NCBI GenBank assembly: GCA_947641575.1
Contig: CANRQN010000003.1
Span: 5,012-69,011 of the forward strand
Source: an uncultured Clostridium sp.
GTDB taxonomy: Bacteria > Bacillota > Clostridia > TANB77 > CAG-508
Length of the DNA stretch: 64,000 nucleotides
Reading direction: 5' to 3'
Each line of letters opens with the position of its first letter. Position 1 is the stretch's first letter. Below the pieces are notes generated by a model. It did not search any database, was not told the DNA's origin, and saw nothing but the letters and a program-made list of their open reading frames with translations. Both the position numbers and the translations under genes were made by a program. Positions 1 to 10,669 of this stretch are shown here, piece by piece.

Positions 1-365
1 TCTACAAAAATGAAAATGATATTAACTCTTTGCTAGATAAAATAAAATATGTAGATGTTTCTTTATTAGATGATATTTCAAATGAGATAAAGAAATTAAA
101 AGAAACGAATATAGAACTACAAAAGCAAATAAAATCATTAACTAATACTAATTATGATGAAATAAATGACAAGGAAACAGCTGATTTAGTCCTTAATATA
201 TTAGATACCTACCTCACCTCTTTCGATAGCTTAGACTTGAATACAAAGCGAAATATGATTAAATTATTAGTAAGCTCAATCGCAACTGATGGTGAAGATA
301 TAACAATAAACTTTTTGGGTGCTAGAAATGTGAAAGATGAAATTTTTCCAACAGGTGAGAGTCGC
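1..365 (+). mobile_element. right end of a sigK-intervening (skin-like) element
   Basis: sigK homology begins abruptly near 361-367 with no N-terminal half upstream. The recombinase gene lies immediately to the left. Confidence 0.5.
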
Positions 366-371
366 AAATGA
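1..371 (+). CDS. large serine recombinase, C-terminal part (SpoIVCA/CisA-like); 5' end lies outside the window
   Basis: The frame is open from the window edge to TGA 369-371. A Lys/Glu-rich coiled-coil is followed by the tail ...NMIKLLVSSIATDGEDITINFLG, typical of large serine recombinases. It abuts a 5'-truncated sigK. Confidence 0.55.
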   Translation, partial: YKNENDINSLLDKIKYVDVSLLDDISNEIKKLKETNIELQKQIKSLTNTNYDEINDKETADLVLNILDTYLTSFDSLDLNTKRNMIKLLVSSIATDGEDITINFLGARNVKDEIFPTGESRK

Positions 372-726
372 AATACTTATGTTCTTAAGAACTTCTAAAA
401 AGGTTAAGTCTGAAGTATATCTAAATGAACCTATTGGAAAAGATAAAGATGATAATGAAATAACTTTACTTGAAATACTTGAAAATGATGATAGAAGTAT
501 TGAGGAAGAAATTGATTTAAAACTTAAAACAAAAAAATTATTTGAAAAAATGAAAGAAGTTTTAAAAGCACGTGAGCAAGATATTCTAGAATTACGCTTT
601 GGTCTAAATGGTAAAACCCCAAAAACTCAAAATGAAATTGCAAAAATGCTTGGTATTAGTCGTAGCTATGTTTCTAGAATAGAAACAAAAGCAATAAATA
701 AATTGAGTAAAGAATTTAGTGAATAA
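361..726 (+). CDS. sigK: sporulation sigma factor SigK, C-terminal half only (spoIIIC-like segment of a split gene)
   Basis: ANEILMFLRTSKKVKSEVYLNEPIGKDKDDNEITLLEIL and region 4 KTQNEIAKMLGISRSYVSRIETKAINKL match B. subtilis SigK from [40 protein letters not shown] onward (recalled). Regions 1-2 are absent. Confidence 0.8.
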   Translation, partial: VANEILMFLRTSKKVKSEVYLNEPIGKDKDDNEITLLEILENDDRSIEEEIDLKLKTKKLFEKMKEVLKAREQDILELRFGLNGKTPKTQNEIAKMLGISRSYVSRIETKAINKLSKEFSE

Positions 727-757
727 AATTACATATTAAAAGAATGAAAAGGGTAAC

Positions 758-1417
758 TTATAGCTCCCCTTTCCATTCTTTTAAAAATTTATTTGTAAAC
801 TCTTTCATAAAATCCGATCTTTCTTTCGCTATTTTTTTTGCTGTTTCAGTATTCATATAATCTCCTAATCTAAGCAGTTTATGATAGAAATGATGAATTG
901 CTGATATATCATTTGCTGTTTCAGTATAATTTCCTTCTCCTATTAATGAAATGCTCTCTTCATACATAGGAATATTATGAGCTCCTGCAAACATAAAGCA
1001 TCTTGCAATTCCTAATGCTCCTATTGCATCTAAATTATCTGCATCTTGCAAAATTAAAGTGTTTATATCTGTTACATTATTATAATTCCAATTGTATTCT
1101 TCATGATATTCTATTGCACTACAAATTCTTTCTACTTGCTCATTGTTTAAATCAATTTTAGTTAAAATTTCTTTAACTTTTGGTATAGACTCTTTAGGAA
1201 ATACAAACTCTCCATCTCCCTCATTTTGCATAATTCTATGTATATCATGTAAAAAGGCTGCTATTCCTATAACTATTCTGTCCCCACCTTCTTTCTCTTG
1301 CAAATATAATGCAAGTTTCATTGTTCTTTCTAAATGTGATATATCATGACCACTAGTCTCTTTACAAAACATTTCTAATACATATGGTCTTAGCTCTTTT
1401 ATATATTCTTCTAACAT
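758..1417 (-). CDS. HD-domain metal-dependent phosphohydrolase
   Basis: 219-aa intact ORF with HD motifs (GHDISHLERT, AAFLHDIHR, LQDADNLDAIG). Its only CGG trinucleotide is out of phase (tcg gat). Confidence 0.7.
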   Translation of the reverse strand: MLEEYIKELRPYVLEMFCKETSGHDISHLERTMKLALYLQEKEGGDRIVIGIAAFLHDIHRIMQNEGDGEFVFPKESIPKVKEILTKIDLNNEQVERICSAIEYHEEYNWNYNNVTDINTLILQDADNLDAIGALGIARCFMFAGAHNIPMYEESISLIGEGNYTETANDISAIHHFYHKLLRLGDYMNTETAKKIAKERSDFMKEFTNKFLKEWKGEL

Positions 1418-1510
1418 AATAATTTCTCCTTTAGTATTTTATATCATAGTAAGTCACAAATATCAAGTTTTTAGAATACTATATTTTATTCTAATATATA
1501 AGGAGAATTT

Positions 1511-2580
1511 ATGTTAAAGAAATTAATTTATTGTTTGTTAATTTTAATTATTACTAGCTTTTCTATAATTATCCCAGCAGTTCCAACATTTGCAATGTCT
1601 ACATATGATGTAATTTATGAAGGAATTGATGTTAGTAATTGGCAAGGGCATATCAACTATAGTGAAGTTAAAGCTTCTGGAATACAAGTTGTATATATAA
1701 AATCTAGTCAAGGAACTAATATAACAGATGCATATTTTAGAACTAACTATGAAAACGCTAAAGCAAATGGACTAAACATTGGATTTTATCATTATGTGAC
1801 TGCACGTTCTGATGAAGAAGCTATTCGTGAAGCAGAATATTTCTCTTCTGTAATTTCTGGAACTTCTCCTGATTGTAAACTTGCAATGGATTTTGAAAGT
1901 TTTGGGAATTTAAGTAAAGATGAAATTAATAGTATATCTAGAATTTTCTTAAGCAAAGTAAAAGAATTAACTGGTAAAGATATGGTTATATATAGTAATG
2001 CATATAATGCCAAAAACACTTTTAGTAAAGAACTTGCAAATGAATATCCTCTTTGGATTGCAGAATATGGTGTAGAAACTCCAACGGAAAATATAAACTG
2101 GGAAAGTTGGGTTCGGTTTCCAATATACCAATTCAGGCAGAATAAATGGAATTAATGCTAGAGTTGATAGAAATAAGTTTACTGAAGGTATCTTCCTATC
2201 TTCTAAAGACGAGGTTAAAACTCCTGAAAATACCAAAAATAATATCGAATACTATACTGTTAAAAGAGGAAATACTTTAAGCGGAATTGCTTTAAAATAT
2301 GGAACAACTATAAATGAAATTGCAGGATTAAATGGAATTAGAAATGTAAATTTAATTTTTACTCGGTGAAGTTTTAAAAATAGATACAACAAGAAGTCAT
2401 GGAGAAATAACTAATACAGCATATGATATAAATCATATAATCTATACTATAAAACGTGGTGATACTTTGACTTCTATCGCAAATAGATTTAATGTTACAA
2501 TTGAAAGTATTGCAAAACTAAATGATATTAAAGATATAAATTTAATTTATGCAGGAGATAGACTTAGAATAGAAGGATAA
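1511..2580 (+). CDS. GH25 muramidase with two C-terminal LysM domains
   Basis: Signal peptide followed by GIDVSNWQG...FYHY (GH25). Two LysM repeats follow ([33 protein letters not shown]). The gene is continuous only with +1 at in-frame CGG 2114 ([15 protein letters not shown]) and 2364 (LIFT-G-EVLKID). Confidence 0.8.
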
Positions 2581-2581
2581 A

Positions 2582-2619
2582 GTTGAAAAAAGAAGCAGTA
2601 AATTGCTTCTTTTTTCAAC
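2582..2619. terminator. bidirectional rho-independent terminator
   Basis: Perfect hairpin gaaaaaagaagcag/ctgcttcttttttc flanked by A and T runs, between convergent genes. Confidence 0.65.
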
Positions 2620-2622
2620 TTT

Positions 2623-3865
2623 TTATATCACTTTTCTTCTTCTTATTATCCAATTATTTTCGCATTTTATTGGTAAATGTATTTTTACTGTTTGTCCTTT
2701 TTTTCCTGGACTTATCTCTCCTATTTCTTCACCTGTTTCTGTATCCCATAGTTTATCAATTTTAAATTTTTTTACTTCTATTTGATTTGGAACTATAATT
2801 TCTAGTTCATCTCCTACAAATAATTTATTCTTTATTTCAATTATACTTTTATCTTCGTTATATTCTAATACTTTTCCGCCAAATTCGAAGTTTGGATTAT
2901 ATTGTTTCCCCTCAAATTCTTGGAAATCTTTATTATTTCTATCATTAAAGTAAAATGCTGTTAGGCTTCTTGTTTTTACTTTATCAATTTCATTTATGTA
3001 CTTTGTATAATCATATGTATTAGGAGATTTTATATAATCATCTATTGCATTTCTATATATGTTTACTATACTTGCTAGGTAGTATTCTGTTTTTAACCTT
3101 CCTTCTATCTTTAAACTATCTACTCCTAAATTTACTATTTCTGGTATTTCTTTTATAAGGCATAGATCTTTTGAAGAAAATATGTATGTTCCTTTTTCGT
3201 CATGCTCAATTGGCATAAGATTTCCGTGGGTTGTTTTTTTCTTCTGCATATAAATTATATGCCCATCTACAACTTTGTGCACAATCCCCAAGATTTGCAC
3301 TGCGAGATGCCAAGAAGTCACTTAAAAAGCATCTTCCTGAATATCCAAAGCATAATGCACCATGAACAAACATCTCCGTTTCAAGTTCTTTATCTGTATT
3401 TTCTACTATATCTTTTATTTGTTCTTTGTTTAATTCTCTTGCAAGTATTACTCTTTTCGCACCATTATTTCTCCAAAATGAAGCGGCATGGCTACTAACT
3501 ACATTCGATTGTGTACTTATATGTATATCTACATCAGGTGCTTCTTCTTTTACAATTTCTAGCACTCCTCCGTCAGATAGGATAATTCCATCTACTTTAA
3601 GTTCATTTAGCATTCTTGCTTGCTTTTTTATTTCTTCATAGCTTTCATCAAATGCATATATATTTATTGCTGCATATACTTTCTTACCTATTTCATGTGC
3701 ATAGATAATTGTATCTCTTAAATCGTTATCTCCCACTTCTGCTCTACTTCTTAGGGAAAGAGAAGCGGTTCCACAGTATACTGCATCTGCTCCATAAAGA
3801 AATGCAATTTTTGCTTTTTCAAAGGAACCTGCTGGTGCAAGTAATTCTGGTTTCTTCATATTCAT
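2623..3865 (-). CDS. peptidase U32 family protein
   Basis: PELLAPAGS and VHGALCFGYSGRCFLS motifs. Pieces 3206..3985 and 2623..3321 join by +1 at in-frame CGG (CCG 3224-3226), giving EEKNNP-G-NLMPIEHDEKGTYIF. Start chosen at ATG 3865 behind AAGGAG. Confidence 0.8.
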
Positions 3866-3899
3866 ATTACTCCTTATATTGCATATATTAATTTTATCT

Positions 3900-4595
3900 T
3901 TATAAATTATTTTTTTTTGGCAATTTGATATAACCATAAAAGCATTCTTTTTTTCCTTTATATGCTGCCCACATTCTATCTCCATAACAATAATGCCACC
4001 ATTCCATTGGGAAATTTACAAAATCTAATTCTTTCATTTTTTGAAATAAGTATTCTCTATTCTTTTTTTGTATATCTGTTAAATTATCACAATATGAATA
4101 AGTCTGAGCAATATGTTCTAGATATTTACTTCCCATATCTAACTCTTTATTATGTTCATCTACAAGAGTAATGTCAATTGCTCCTCCAGTTTGATGCCCT
4201 CCAATACCATTTGTTGGATTTGCTAATTTCAGAGTAGCTCTCCTAATTATTTCTTTTTCATCTAAATTAGGGTTTTTTTGTTTTGTTTCTTCTAATGTAT
4301 TTTCCCAAAATTCTTTTTGCTTATCTAAACTACGGTAAGCATCAAATAGTTTAATCTTATAGTTATCTTTTTTTACCAATTCATCTAATGCACATAATTT
4401 TTTATAAACTGAGCCTCTGAGATAAACTGGTTTTTCTATTCTCTCATCAAAAACAAATTTATCGTCATCTACTCTAGTCAATCCTTCATTATTTTCCTTA
4501 ATTTTTACTTTACCTATAATCTTTTTAGGTAGTACCTTTCTAATTCCTAATTTAAATAATAAATAATTATACCATACTTTATATTCTATCATCAT
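3900..4595 (-). CDS. D-alanyl-D-alanine dipeptidase (peptidase M15, VanX/DdpX-like)
   Basis: Intact ORF with FDAYRSLDKQ, GGHQTGGAIDITL and EWWHY motifs. Confidence 0.7.
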   Translation of the reverse strand: MMIEYKVWYNYLLFKLGIRKVLPKKIIGKVKIKENNEGLTRVDDDKFVFDERIEKPVYLRGSVYKKLCALDELVKKDNYKIKLFDAYRSLDKQKEFWENTLEETKQKNPNLDEKEIIRRATLKLANPTNGIGGHQTGGAIDITLVDEHNKELDMGSKYLEHIAQTYSYCDNLTDIQKKNREYLFQKMKELDFVNFPMEWWHYCYGDRMWAAYKGKKECFYGYIKLPKKNNL

Positions 4596-4610
4596 AAATC
4601 ACCTACTCAT

Positions 4611-5129
4611 TTATGTATTTTTAATTATAATACACCTATCAAGTCCTCCATATAGTTTAGTTTTCATAGCAATTTTATATCCATTTTTTAGCATATTGTT
4701 TAATGAATATTTATTATCTGGATGCACTGTAGCAACAAATTTTTTATATTTTGTATTTTTTAGCATTTCTTCAACAATTGATAACATTTTATTTTGTAAC
4801 CCCATACCTCTATAATTTTCTAATACAGCATAATTAATTACTTCGATAACATCATTAGTGTCTTTATAATAATCTTTTACTAGTTGATAAAACTCTGTTC
4901 CATCATCTCTTAAAATGTATGTTAAACATACTCCTACTATTTGTCCATTATGACATGCAACTACAGAATACCCATCATTTACAAATAGATTATATCTTTC
5001 TATATTCTTAGTATAAGTATACCATCTTTTGTCTTCTATTTTTTCATGTACTTGCACTATTAAATTGTATATTTCTTCTACATCTTCTAATTGAGCTACT
5101 CTTACAACTACTTCATTTTTATTTGTCAT
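4611..5129 (-). CDS. GNAT family N-acetyltransferase
   Basis: 172-aa ORF with an acetyl-CoA binding-type motif NYRGMGLQNKML. Confidence 0.65.
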   Translation of the reverse strand: MTNKNEVVVRVAQLEDVEEIYNLIVQVHEKIEDKRWYTYTKNIERYNLFVNDGYSVVACHNGQIVGVCLTYILRDDGTEFYQLVKDYYKDTNDVIEVINYAVLENYRGMGLQNKMLSIVEEMLKNTKYKKFVATVHPDNKYSLNNMLKNGYKIAMKTKLYGGLDRCIIIKNT

Positions 5130-5358
5130 CTCTATATTCCTTTCACATTACCATTTTAATTGAATTTTTTTGTGCATTTTTATCTGCTTTTTTTGTCCTT
5201 TTGTATACAATGTTTTTATATTAAAAATTATAACATATAGACCTCTTTTACGCAACAAAAATATATAACTACTTTCTTATAAAAAGTTATATTTAGCATT
5301 TACTTTTTAATAAAAATTTGATATTATAATGTTGTTATTTATATTATGAGGGGTTTTT

Positions 5359-5905
5359 ATGGAAAAAGTCATTAAACCATTATCTAAATTTCAAAAAATA
5401 GTTATTTATTTCACAATATATGCCTTTATTGGCTGGATTTGTGAAGAGATTTTTTGCGTTATTTATACACATGAATTTGTGAAAAGGGGCTTTTTATTTG
5501 GTCCAATATGCCCTATATATGGTTATGGTGCTATTATTTTAATTTTATTTTTTAAAAATTATAAGAAAAAGCCTATTAAACTCTTTTTTGGAGCAGCACT
5601 TATTTTTAGTATTTTTGAATATATTACAGATTTCTTTTTACAAGCACTTTTTGCTACTAAATGGTGGGACTATACAGGTCAGTTTTTAAATCTAAATGGT
5701 AGAATTACCTTAAGTTTTAGTATTGTTTGGGGAATTCGGTGCTCTGATATTTATAAATCTTATACACCCATTTATGACTAAAGTTATTGGAAAAATTTTA
5801 GTTAAAATACCAGTAAAAATACAAAGAGTTGTTGTAGATTCTATTATTGGGATTATTATAATAGATACAGCAATATCTTCAATGGTATATTTACATATAT
5901 TTTAA
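5359..5905 (+). CDS. polytopic membrane protein (putative ABC-transporter type IV-like family)
   Basis: Pieces 5359..5781 and 5723..5905 join by +1 at in-frame CGG 5737 (WGI-G-ALIFINLIHP). Hydrophobic throughout. Confidence 0.6.
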
Positions 5906-6491
5906 ATTACTTTGCTATAGCAAAGACCATCTCCAACTTCTAAAATTTCACTTTTAAGCTTTGGATTTTCCAAAGCTAATTTTATATATTCTCTTAAGTT
6001 TCTAACTGCTGTACGCTGTTTATGTTTGTTATAGTCACTCATTACATAACCTTTGTACAAAACATTATCTGCAATAATTATTGTATTTGGCTTTGACATT
6101 CTAATTGCTTCATTTAAGAAAAATGGGTACTTTCCTTTTGCTGCATCAATAAATATCATGTCATATGTTTTATTAAATGTTGGTAATATCTCTACCGCAT
6201 CTCCGACTAAATATATTTATTTTTTTATCTAGCTCCATATCTTTTATATTTTGTATGGCTTCCTTTACTCTTTCTTCATCTCTTTCTATTGTATCTATTT
6301 GTCCATTTTCTGATAAAAATTTAGAAAAGCATATTGCAGAATATCCGTACAGCTGTACCTATTTCTAATATACTATCAAGTTTTATATCTTTTAGCTTTT
6401 CTTCTAATACTTCTAAAGTATCATCCATAATAATTGGAATATGCTCATCTAACGCTTTTTGTTTTATCTCTTTAAATTTTAAATCGTTCAT
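5902..6491 (-). CDS. class I SAM-dependent O-methyltransferase
   Basis: AAGGAG RBS and ATG at 6491. ILEIGTAV-G-YSAICF (SAM motif I) and NIFS-G-DAVEILPTF are restored by +1 at in-frame CGGs (CCG 6345-6347 and 6203-6205). C-terminal piece is 5902..6159. Confidence 0.75.
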
Positions 6492-6524
6492 TCTTTTGCT
6501 CCTTAATTTTTATTATATAGGACT

Positions 6525-6740
6525 GTGGCACTAGTTGCCACAGTCCTAATAGTGAAATTAGCTTTCACTTTTTCCCTTATTATCGAGACAAACGATGCCT
6601 GCGAAGCGGTTGTTTGGTCTCAGGAATTTGCTGTTTCTTCGGTTTGTGTCTCGGCTTATCCATCTTTTGCAACTCCAAATAATTATTTGTTAAGGTTTAC
6701 TGCCCTCCCTTTTTGGAATATAAATATATTATCACAAGTT
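6525..6740 (-). other. GC-enriched structured intergenic region (candidate leader or ncRNA, unclassified)
   Basis: Perfect 11-bp stem ggactgtggca/tgccacagtcc. The segment gagacaaac can pair with either gtttggtctc or gtttgtgtctc (mutually exclusive helices). Also contains the palindrome caaataattatttg. Lies upstream of the methyltransferase gene. Confidence 0.3.
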
Positions 6741-6759
6741 TAGTTTTATGTCAAACTAT

Positions 6760-6788
6760 TTGATTTTTCTACATTTTTATGTTATAAT
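6760..6788 (+). promoter_or_regulatory. sigma-A type promoter
   Basis: TTGATT, 17 nt spacer, TATAAT, upstream of the 6877 gene. Confidence 0.5.
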
Positions 6789-6876
6789 TTGGTTATGGTA
6801 AGTACAAGTGAGTTTTTAGCTCACACCACACAAACTGCTTATATAGCAGTACAAACACTTTTGGGAGGAATATATT

Positions 6877-7110
6877 GTGATTATCTTAACTTACATTGGC
6901 ATAGGCATTCTTTCAGCAATTTTGGGTACTCTTTTTGTTACACAATCCGGTATTCCTGCATACATTTTATATTTTTCCTTAACAGCTAGTCTTTTCATGA
7001 TTTTTCATCCTATTTCAAATTCTTTATTGAAAATCAAAAAAATGCTTGAGGAACAGAACCAGCTTCTGAAAGGTAAAGACAAAACTGAAAAAACAGAAAT
7101 CAAGGAATAA
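6877..7110 (+). CDS. small membrane protein
   Basis: GTG start 8 nt after GGGAGG. Two hydrophobic helices then a charged tail. Followed by a terminator. Confidence 0.5.
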   Translation: MIILTYIGIGILSAILGTLFVTQSGIPAYILYFSLTASLFMIFHPISNSLLKIKKMLEEQNQLLKGKDKTEKTEIKE

Positions 7111-7120
7111 CCTTTTTATC

Positions 7121-7151
7121 CCTCCTCCCAAAAGTGGGAGGTTTATTTTTT
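7121..7151 (+). terminator. rho-independent terminator
   Basis: cctccca aaa gtgggagg hairpin followed by a T-run. Confidence 0.6.
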
Positions 7152-7175
7152 ATCTGTAAGAAACCTTTTTGTATT

Positions 7176-7280
7176 TAGTTTCATGCCACGCCCGTTGTTC
7201 GTGCGCCAAATTTTACAAAGTAAAATTTGTGTGCAATTTTTTCTCTAATAGGAAGTTCGGAGATCTTTCCTATTAGAGAA
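7176..7280 (-). repeat. repeat family B, partial copy (inverted relative to 30657..30892)
   Basis: tagtttcatgccacgcccgttgttcgtgcgccaaatttt is the reverse complement of 30663-30700 and 30809-30846. It includes a hairpin tctctaatag...ctattagaga. Confidence 0.75.
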
Positions 7281-7322
7281 AAAAAGCTACAAGCAATTAA
7301 TAGCCTGTAGCAACATATATTA

Positions 7323-9138
7323 TTATTTACTTCTATTTGCTCTTTCTCTTTCTTTAGAGTCTAAAATTTTCTTTCTTAAACGTATATTTTGTGGAGTTAC
7401 TTCTACAAGTTCATCATCTTGTATGAATTCTATTGCTTTTTCTAGTGACATTTGTAGAGGTGGGACTAAACGTAAAGCATCATCAGAACCAGAAGCTCTT
7501 GTATTTGTTAAATGTTTTTCTTTACATACATTTATTGCTAAATCTTCTCCTCTTGAATTTAGTCCAACTATCATTCCCTCATATACTTCTGTTCCTGGTC
7601 CAATAAATAGTTCACCTTTATCTTGTGCATTATATAAACCATATGTTACAGCTTTTCCATTTTCAAATGCAACAATTGTTCCTCTGCTTCTTGCTGTTAT
7701 ATCTCCTTTAAATGGTTCATAACTATCAAATATATGGTTCATCGTTCCATTTCCTTTTGTATCTGTCATAAATTCTGAACGATATCCTATTAATCCTCTT
7801 GCAGGTATTCTAAATTCTATTTTTGTATGTCCATCTTCTGCTGGCTCCATATTTGACATTTCTGCTTTTCTTTTTCCTAGTTTTTCAATAACATTTCCAA
7901 CAAATTCATCAGGAACATTTACAACTAGTCTTTCTATTGGCTCACATTTAACGCCTTCTACTTCTTTTATAATAACCTTTGGACGAGAAACTAGAAGTTC
8001 AAATCCTTCTCTTCTCATTGTTTCTATTAATACAGATAAATGTAATTCTCCGGCGTCCTGCGACTTCAAAACTATCTGGTGTAGATGTTTCATTAACTCT
8101 TAAACTTACATTTCTTTCAAGTTCTTTAAATAATCTATCTCTTATATGTCTTGATGTTACAAATTCTCCTTCTCTTCCTGCAAAAGGTCCATTATTTACA
8201 CTAAATGTCATAGTTACTGTAGGTTCATCTATATCTACAAAGTCTATCTTTTCTACATGTTCAGGATCACATATTGTTTCTCCAATATTTATATCAGAAA
8301 TTCCTGCAAATTCTATAATATCTCCCGCTTTTGCTTCTTCTACTTCTTTTTTCTCTAATCCAATATGAGTATATAGCTTTGCGATTTTACCATTTGCAGT
8401 TTTTCCATCTTTTTTGCAAATAGCAACTTGCATACCAGTTCTTAAACTACCTCTTTCTAGTCTTCCAACTGCTATTCTTCCTACATAATCATCATAGTCT
8501 ATGTTAGAAACTAACATTTGCATTGGCCCATCTTCGTCACATTCTGGTGCATTAATATTTTCTACAATAGTTTTGAATAAGCAGTCCATATTTCCATCTG
8601 GATCACTCATTTTTAATTTAGCAATACCTTGTTTCGCAGATGCATAAACAACTGGGAAATCTAGTTGTTCATCATTTGCATCTAATTCTATAAATAATTC
8701 TAGGACTTCATCTACAACTTTTGCAGGATTTGAACCTGGTCTATCTATTTTGTTTATTACGACAATTGGTTTTAAATTTAATGCTAAAGATTTCTTTAAA
8801 ACTTCTCTTGTTTGAGGCATAGTTCCTTCAAAAGCATCAACTAAAAGTAAAACACCATCAACTGTCTTTAATACTCTTTCTACTTCTCCACCAAAATCAG
8901 CATGTCCAGGTGTATCTACTATATTAATTTTTATATCATTATACATTACAGATGTATTTTTAGAAAGGATTGTAATACCTCTTTCTTTTTCTAGGTCATT
9001 AGAATCCATTACTCTTTCTTGTATTTGTTCATTTTCTCTAAAAACATGGCTTTGTTTTAAAAGTTCGTCTACAATAGTAGTCTTACCATGGTCAACGTGT
9101 GCAATTATTGCTATATTTCTAATATTTTTATTGTTCAT
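7323..9138 (-). CDS. typA: translational GTPase TypA/BipA
   Basis: AHVDHGKTT and DTPGHADF G-motifs. Pieces 7999..9138 and 7323..8093 join by +1 at in-frame CGG (CCG 8050-8052), giving [25 protein letters not shown]. Confidence 0.9.
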
Positions 9139-9170
9139 TTTTAATCATCACTTTCTATTAAAAATAATTA

Positions 9171-9295
9171 GTTGGAAAAAAGAAACTAGTATTGCTAGGC
9201 AAATGAAGGAGATATTCCATGAGACGTACTGATGTACGCCTAAATGGAAATCGACTGAGCAGTAACAACTCAAGACGAAGTTTATTTTTTTCAAC
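9171..9295. repeat. nested-palindrome intergenic element in the typA 5' region
   Basis: Terminal inverted repeats gttggaaaaaagaaact / agtttatttttttcaac enclose a GC-richer core with inner stems ttccat/atggaa and cgtac/gtacg. Confidence 0.4.
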
Positions 9296-9311
9296 AATGT
9301 AATATTATATA

Positions 9312-9910
9312 TCAAATTTCTTCATTTGTCAAATGTATCATTTCATTCATAAGCTCTTTGCTTAAATTATCTAATGTTTCTTTATCTCCTTTTTTATCTT
9401 TATATTCACTAAAATCCATTGGTTTTCCTATATTGATTTTAACTTTAGAAAACATCTTATATTTCTTCTTCGCTTGAATACCAATTGGAATTATCTCTGC
9501 ACCTGACATTAAGCTCATAAGTACTGCACCATTTTGAAGTTTACCCTTTTTCTCTATTCCGATTTCTAGTACCTTCTGGAAATAATAGTATCATATGATT
9601 TTCTTTTAGTATTTTTACACTGTTTTTAAGTAGTGCTACATCCTGCTTTCCCCTTTTTACTGGTATTACTTTAGTTTTTTTAGCAAGCCATTTTACAAAT
9701 CCATTTATAAAAAGTTCCTCTTTTGCCAAAACATATACATCATTTCTTTTAAGTGTTGCTATCATAACAGGAGGATCCCAGTTGCTTATATGATTTGGGC
9801 AAACAATGTAACTTTTTCCTTTTTCTATATTCTCTTTTCCGAATTATTTTTACTCTAAATAGTATAAGGCTAATTATTTTAAGTACAAATTTTATAACCA
9901 TTCTAATCAT
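9312..9910 (-). CDS. plsC: 1-acyl-sn-glycerol-3-phosphate acyltransferase
   Basis: NHISNWDPP (HX4D box) and FPEGTRN motifs. Three pieces join by +1 at in-frame CGGs (CCG 9839-9841, KII-G-KENIEKG; CCG 9559-9561, EGTRN-G-IEKKGKLQNG). Confidence 0.8.
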
Positions 9911-9929
9911 TTTTAATGGCTCCTTTCAT

Positions 9930-10602
9930 CTATTTGGCTTGTCTTTCTTGTATAATTCTTTCTATTTCTCTTACTGTTTCTTCTATTGTCATATTTGTTC
10001 CATCTATTACTATTGCATCTTCTGCCTTTATAAATGGTGCTATTTCTCTTTCTGTTTCAAGTTTATGCCTTTCTATAATAGCTTTTAAAACTTCATCATA
10101 GCTTAAATTAATTCCCTTTTCTAAGTTTTGCTTATATCTTCTTCTTGCTCTTTCTTCTAGTGAACAATCTAAAAATATCTTTACATCAGCATTAGGAAAC
10201 ACTACAGTTCCTATATCTCTTCCTTCCATTATTACATCTTGTGATTTTCCGAATTTTCTGTTGTATAGGTGTTAATTTATCCCTTACAATTTTTAGAGCT
10301 GCAAATTTGGCAACATTTTTATCTATTTCTGCTGTTCTAATTTTTTCAGATACATCTTCATTGTTTAAAAGTACTTTTTGGTTTCCTTTATCATGAACTA
10401 GTTTAATATCAATATTTTCTAAGACATTTTTTATCTTGTCCTCATCTAAATGTGAAATTCCACGTCTTAAGCATTCCAAAGTAACACTTCTATACATAGC
10501 ACCAGTATCAATATTTATAAGTCCAGTTATTTTTGCTATTTCTTTTGTAACTGTGCCTTTTCCAGTTCCTGCTGGTCCATCTATTGCAACAACAAATGCC
10601 AT
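9930..10602 (-). CDS. cmk: cytidylate kinase
   Basis: IAIDGPAGTGKGT P-loop. Pieces join by +1 at in-frame CGG (CCG 10250-10252), giving [25 protein letters not shown]. Confidence 0.9.
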
Positions 10603-10669
10603 TATTTTTTATCCTTTCTTTCTAAAATTGATGTTACCATTCAATAAATCATTATTCAAAGTCTGCACA

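Noticed and set aside
6525-6743. The 72-aa plus-strand ORF as a real gene.
   Set aside because: It has no RBS, an odd composition, and coincides with strong RNA-like secondary structure. It is treated as a non-coding structured region.
8047-8060. The GC-rich patch ctccggcgtcctgcgac in typA as a foreign insertion or recombination site.
   Set aside because: It simply encodes the conserved EVAGRGE segment (gtc gca gga cgc C gga gaa). Only the single C is anomalous.
8030-8070. prfB-like programmed frameshift with an upstream Shine-Dalgarno stimulator and a slippery P-site codon.
   Set aside because: No SD-like sequence lies upstream of the sites I inspected. The P-site codons are highly diverse and mostly cannot re-pair in the +1 frame.
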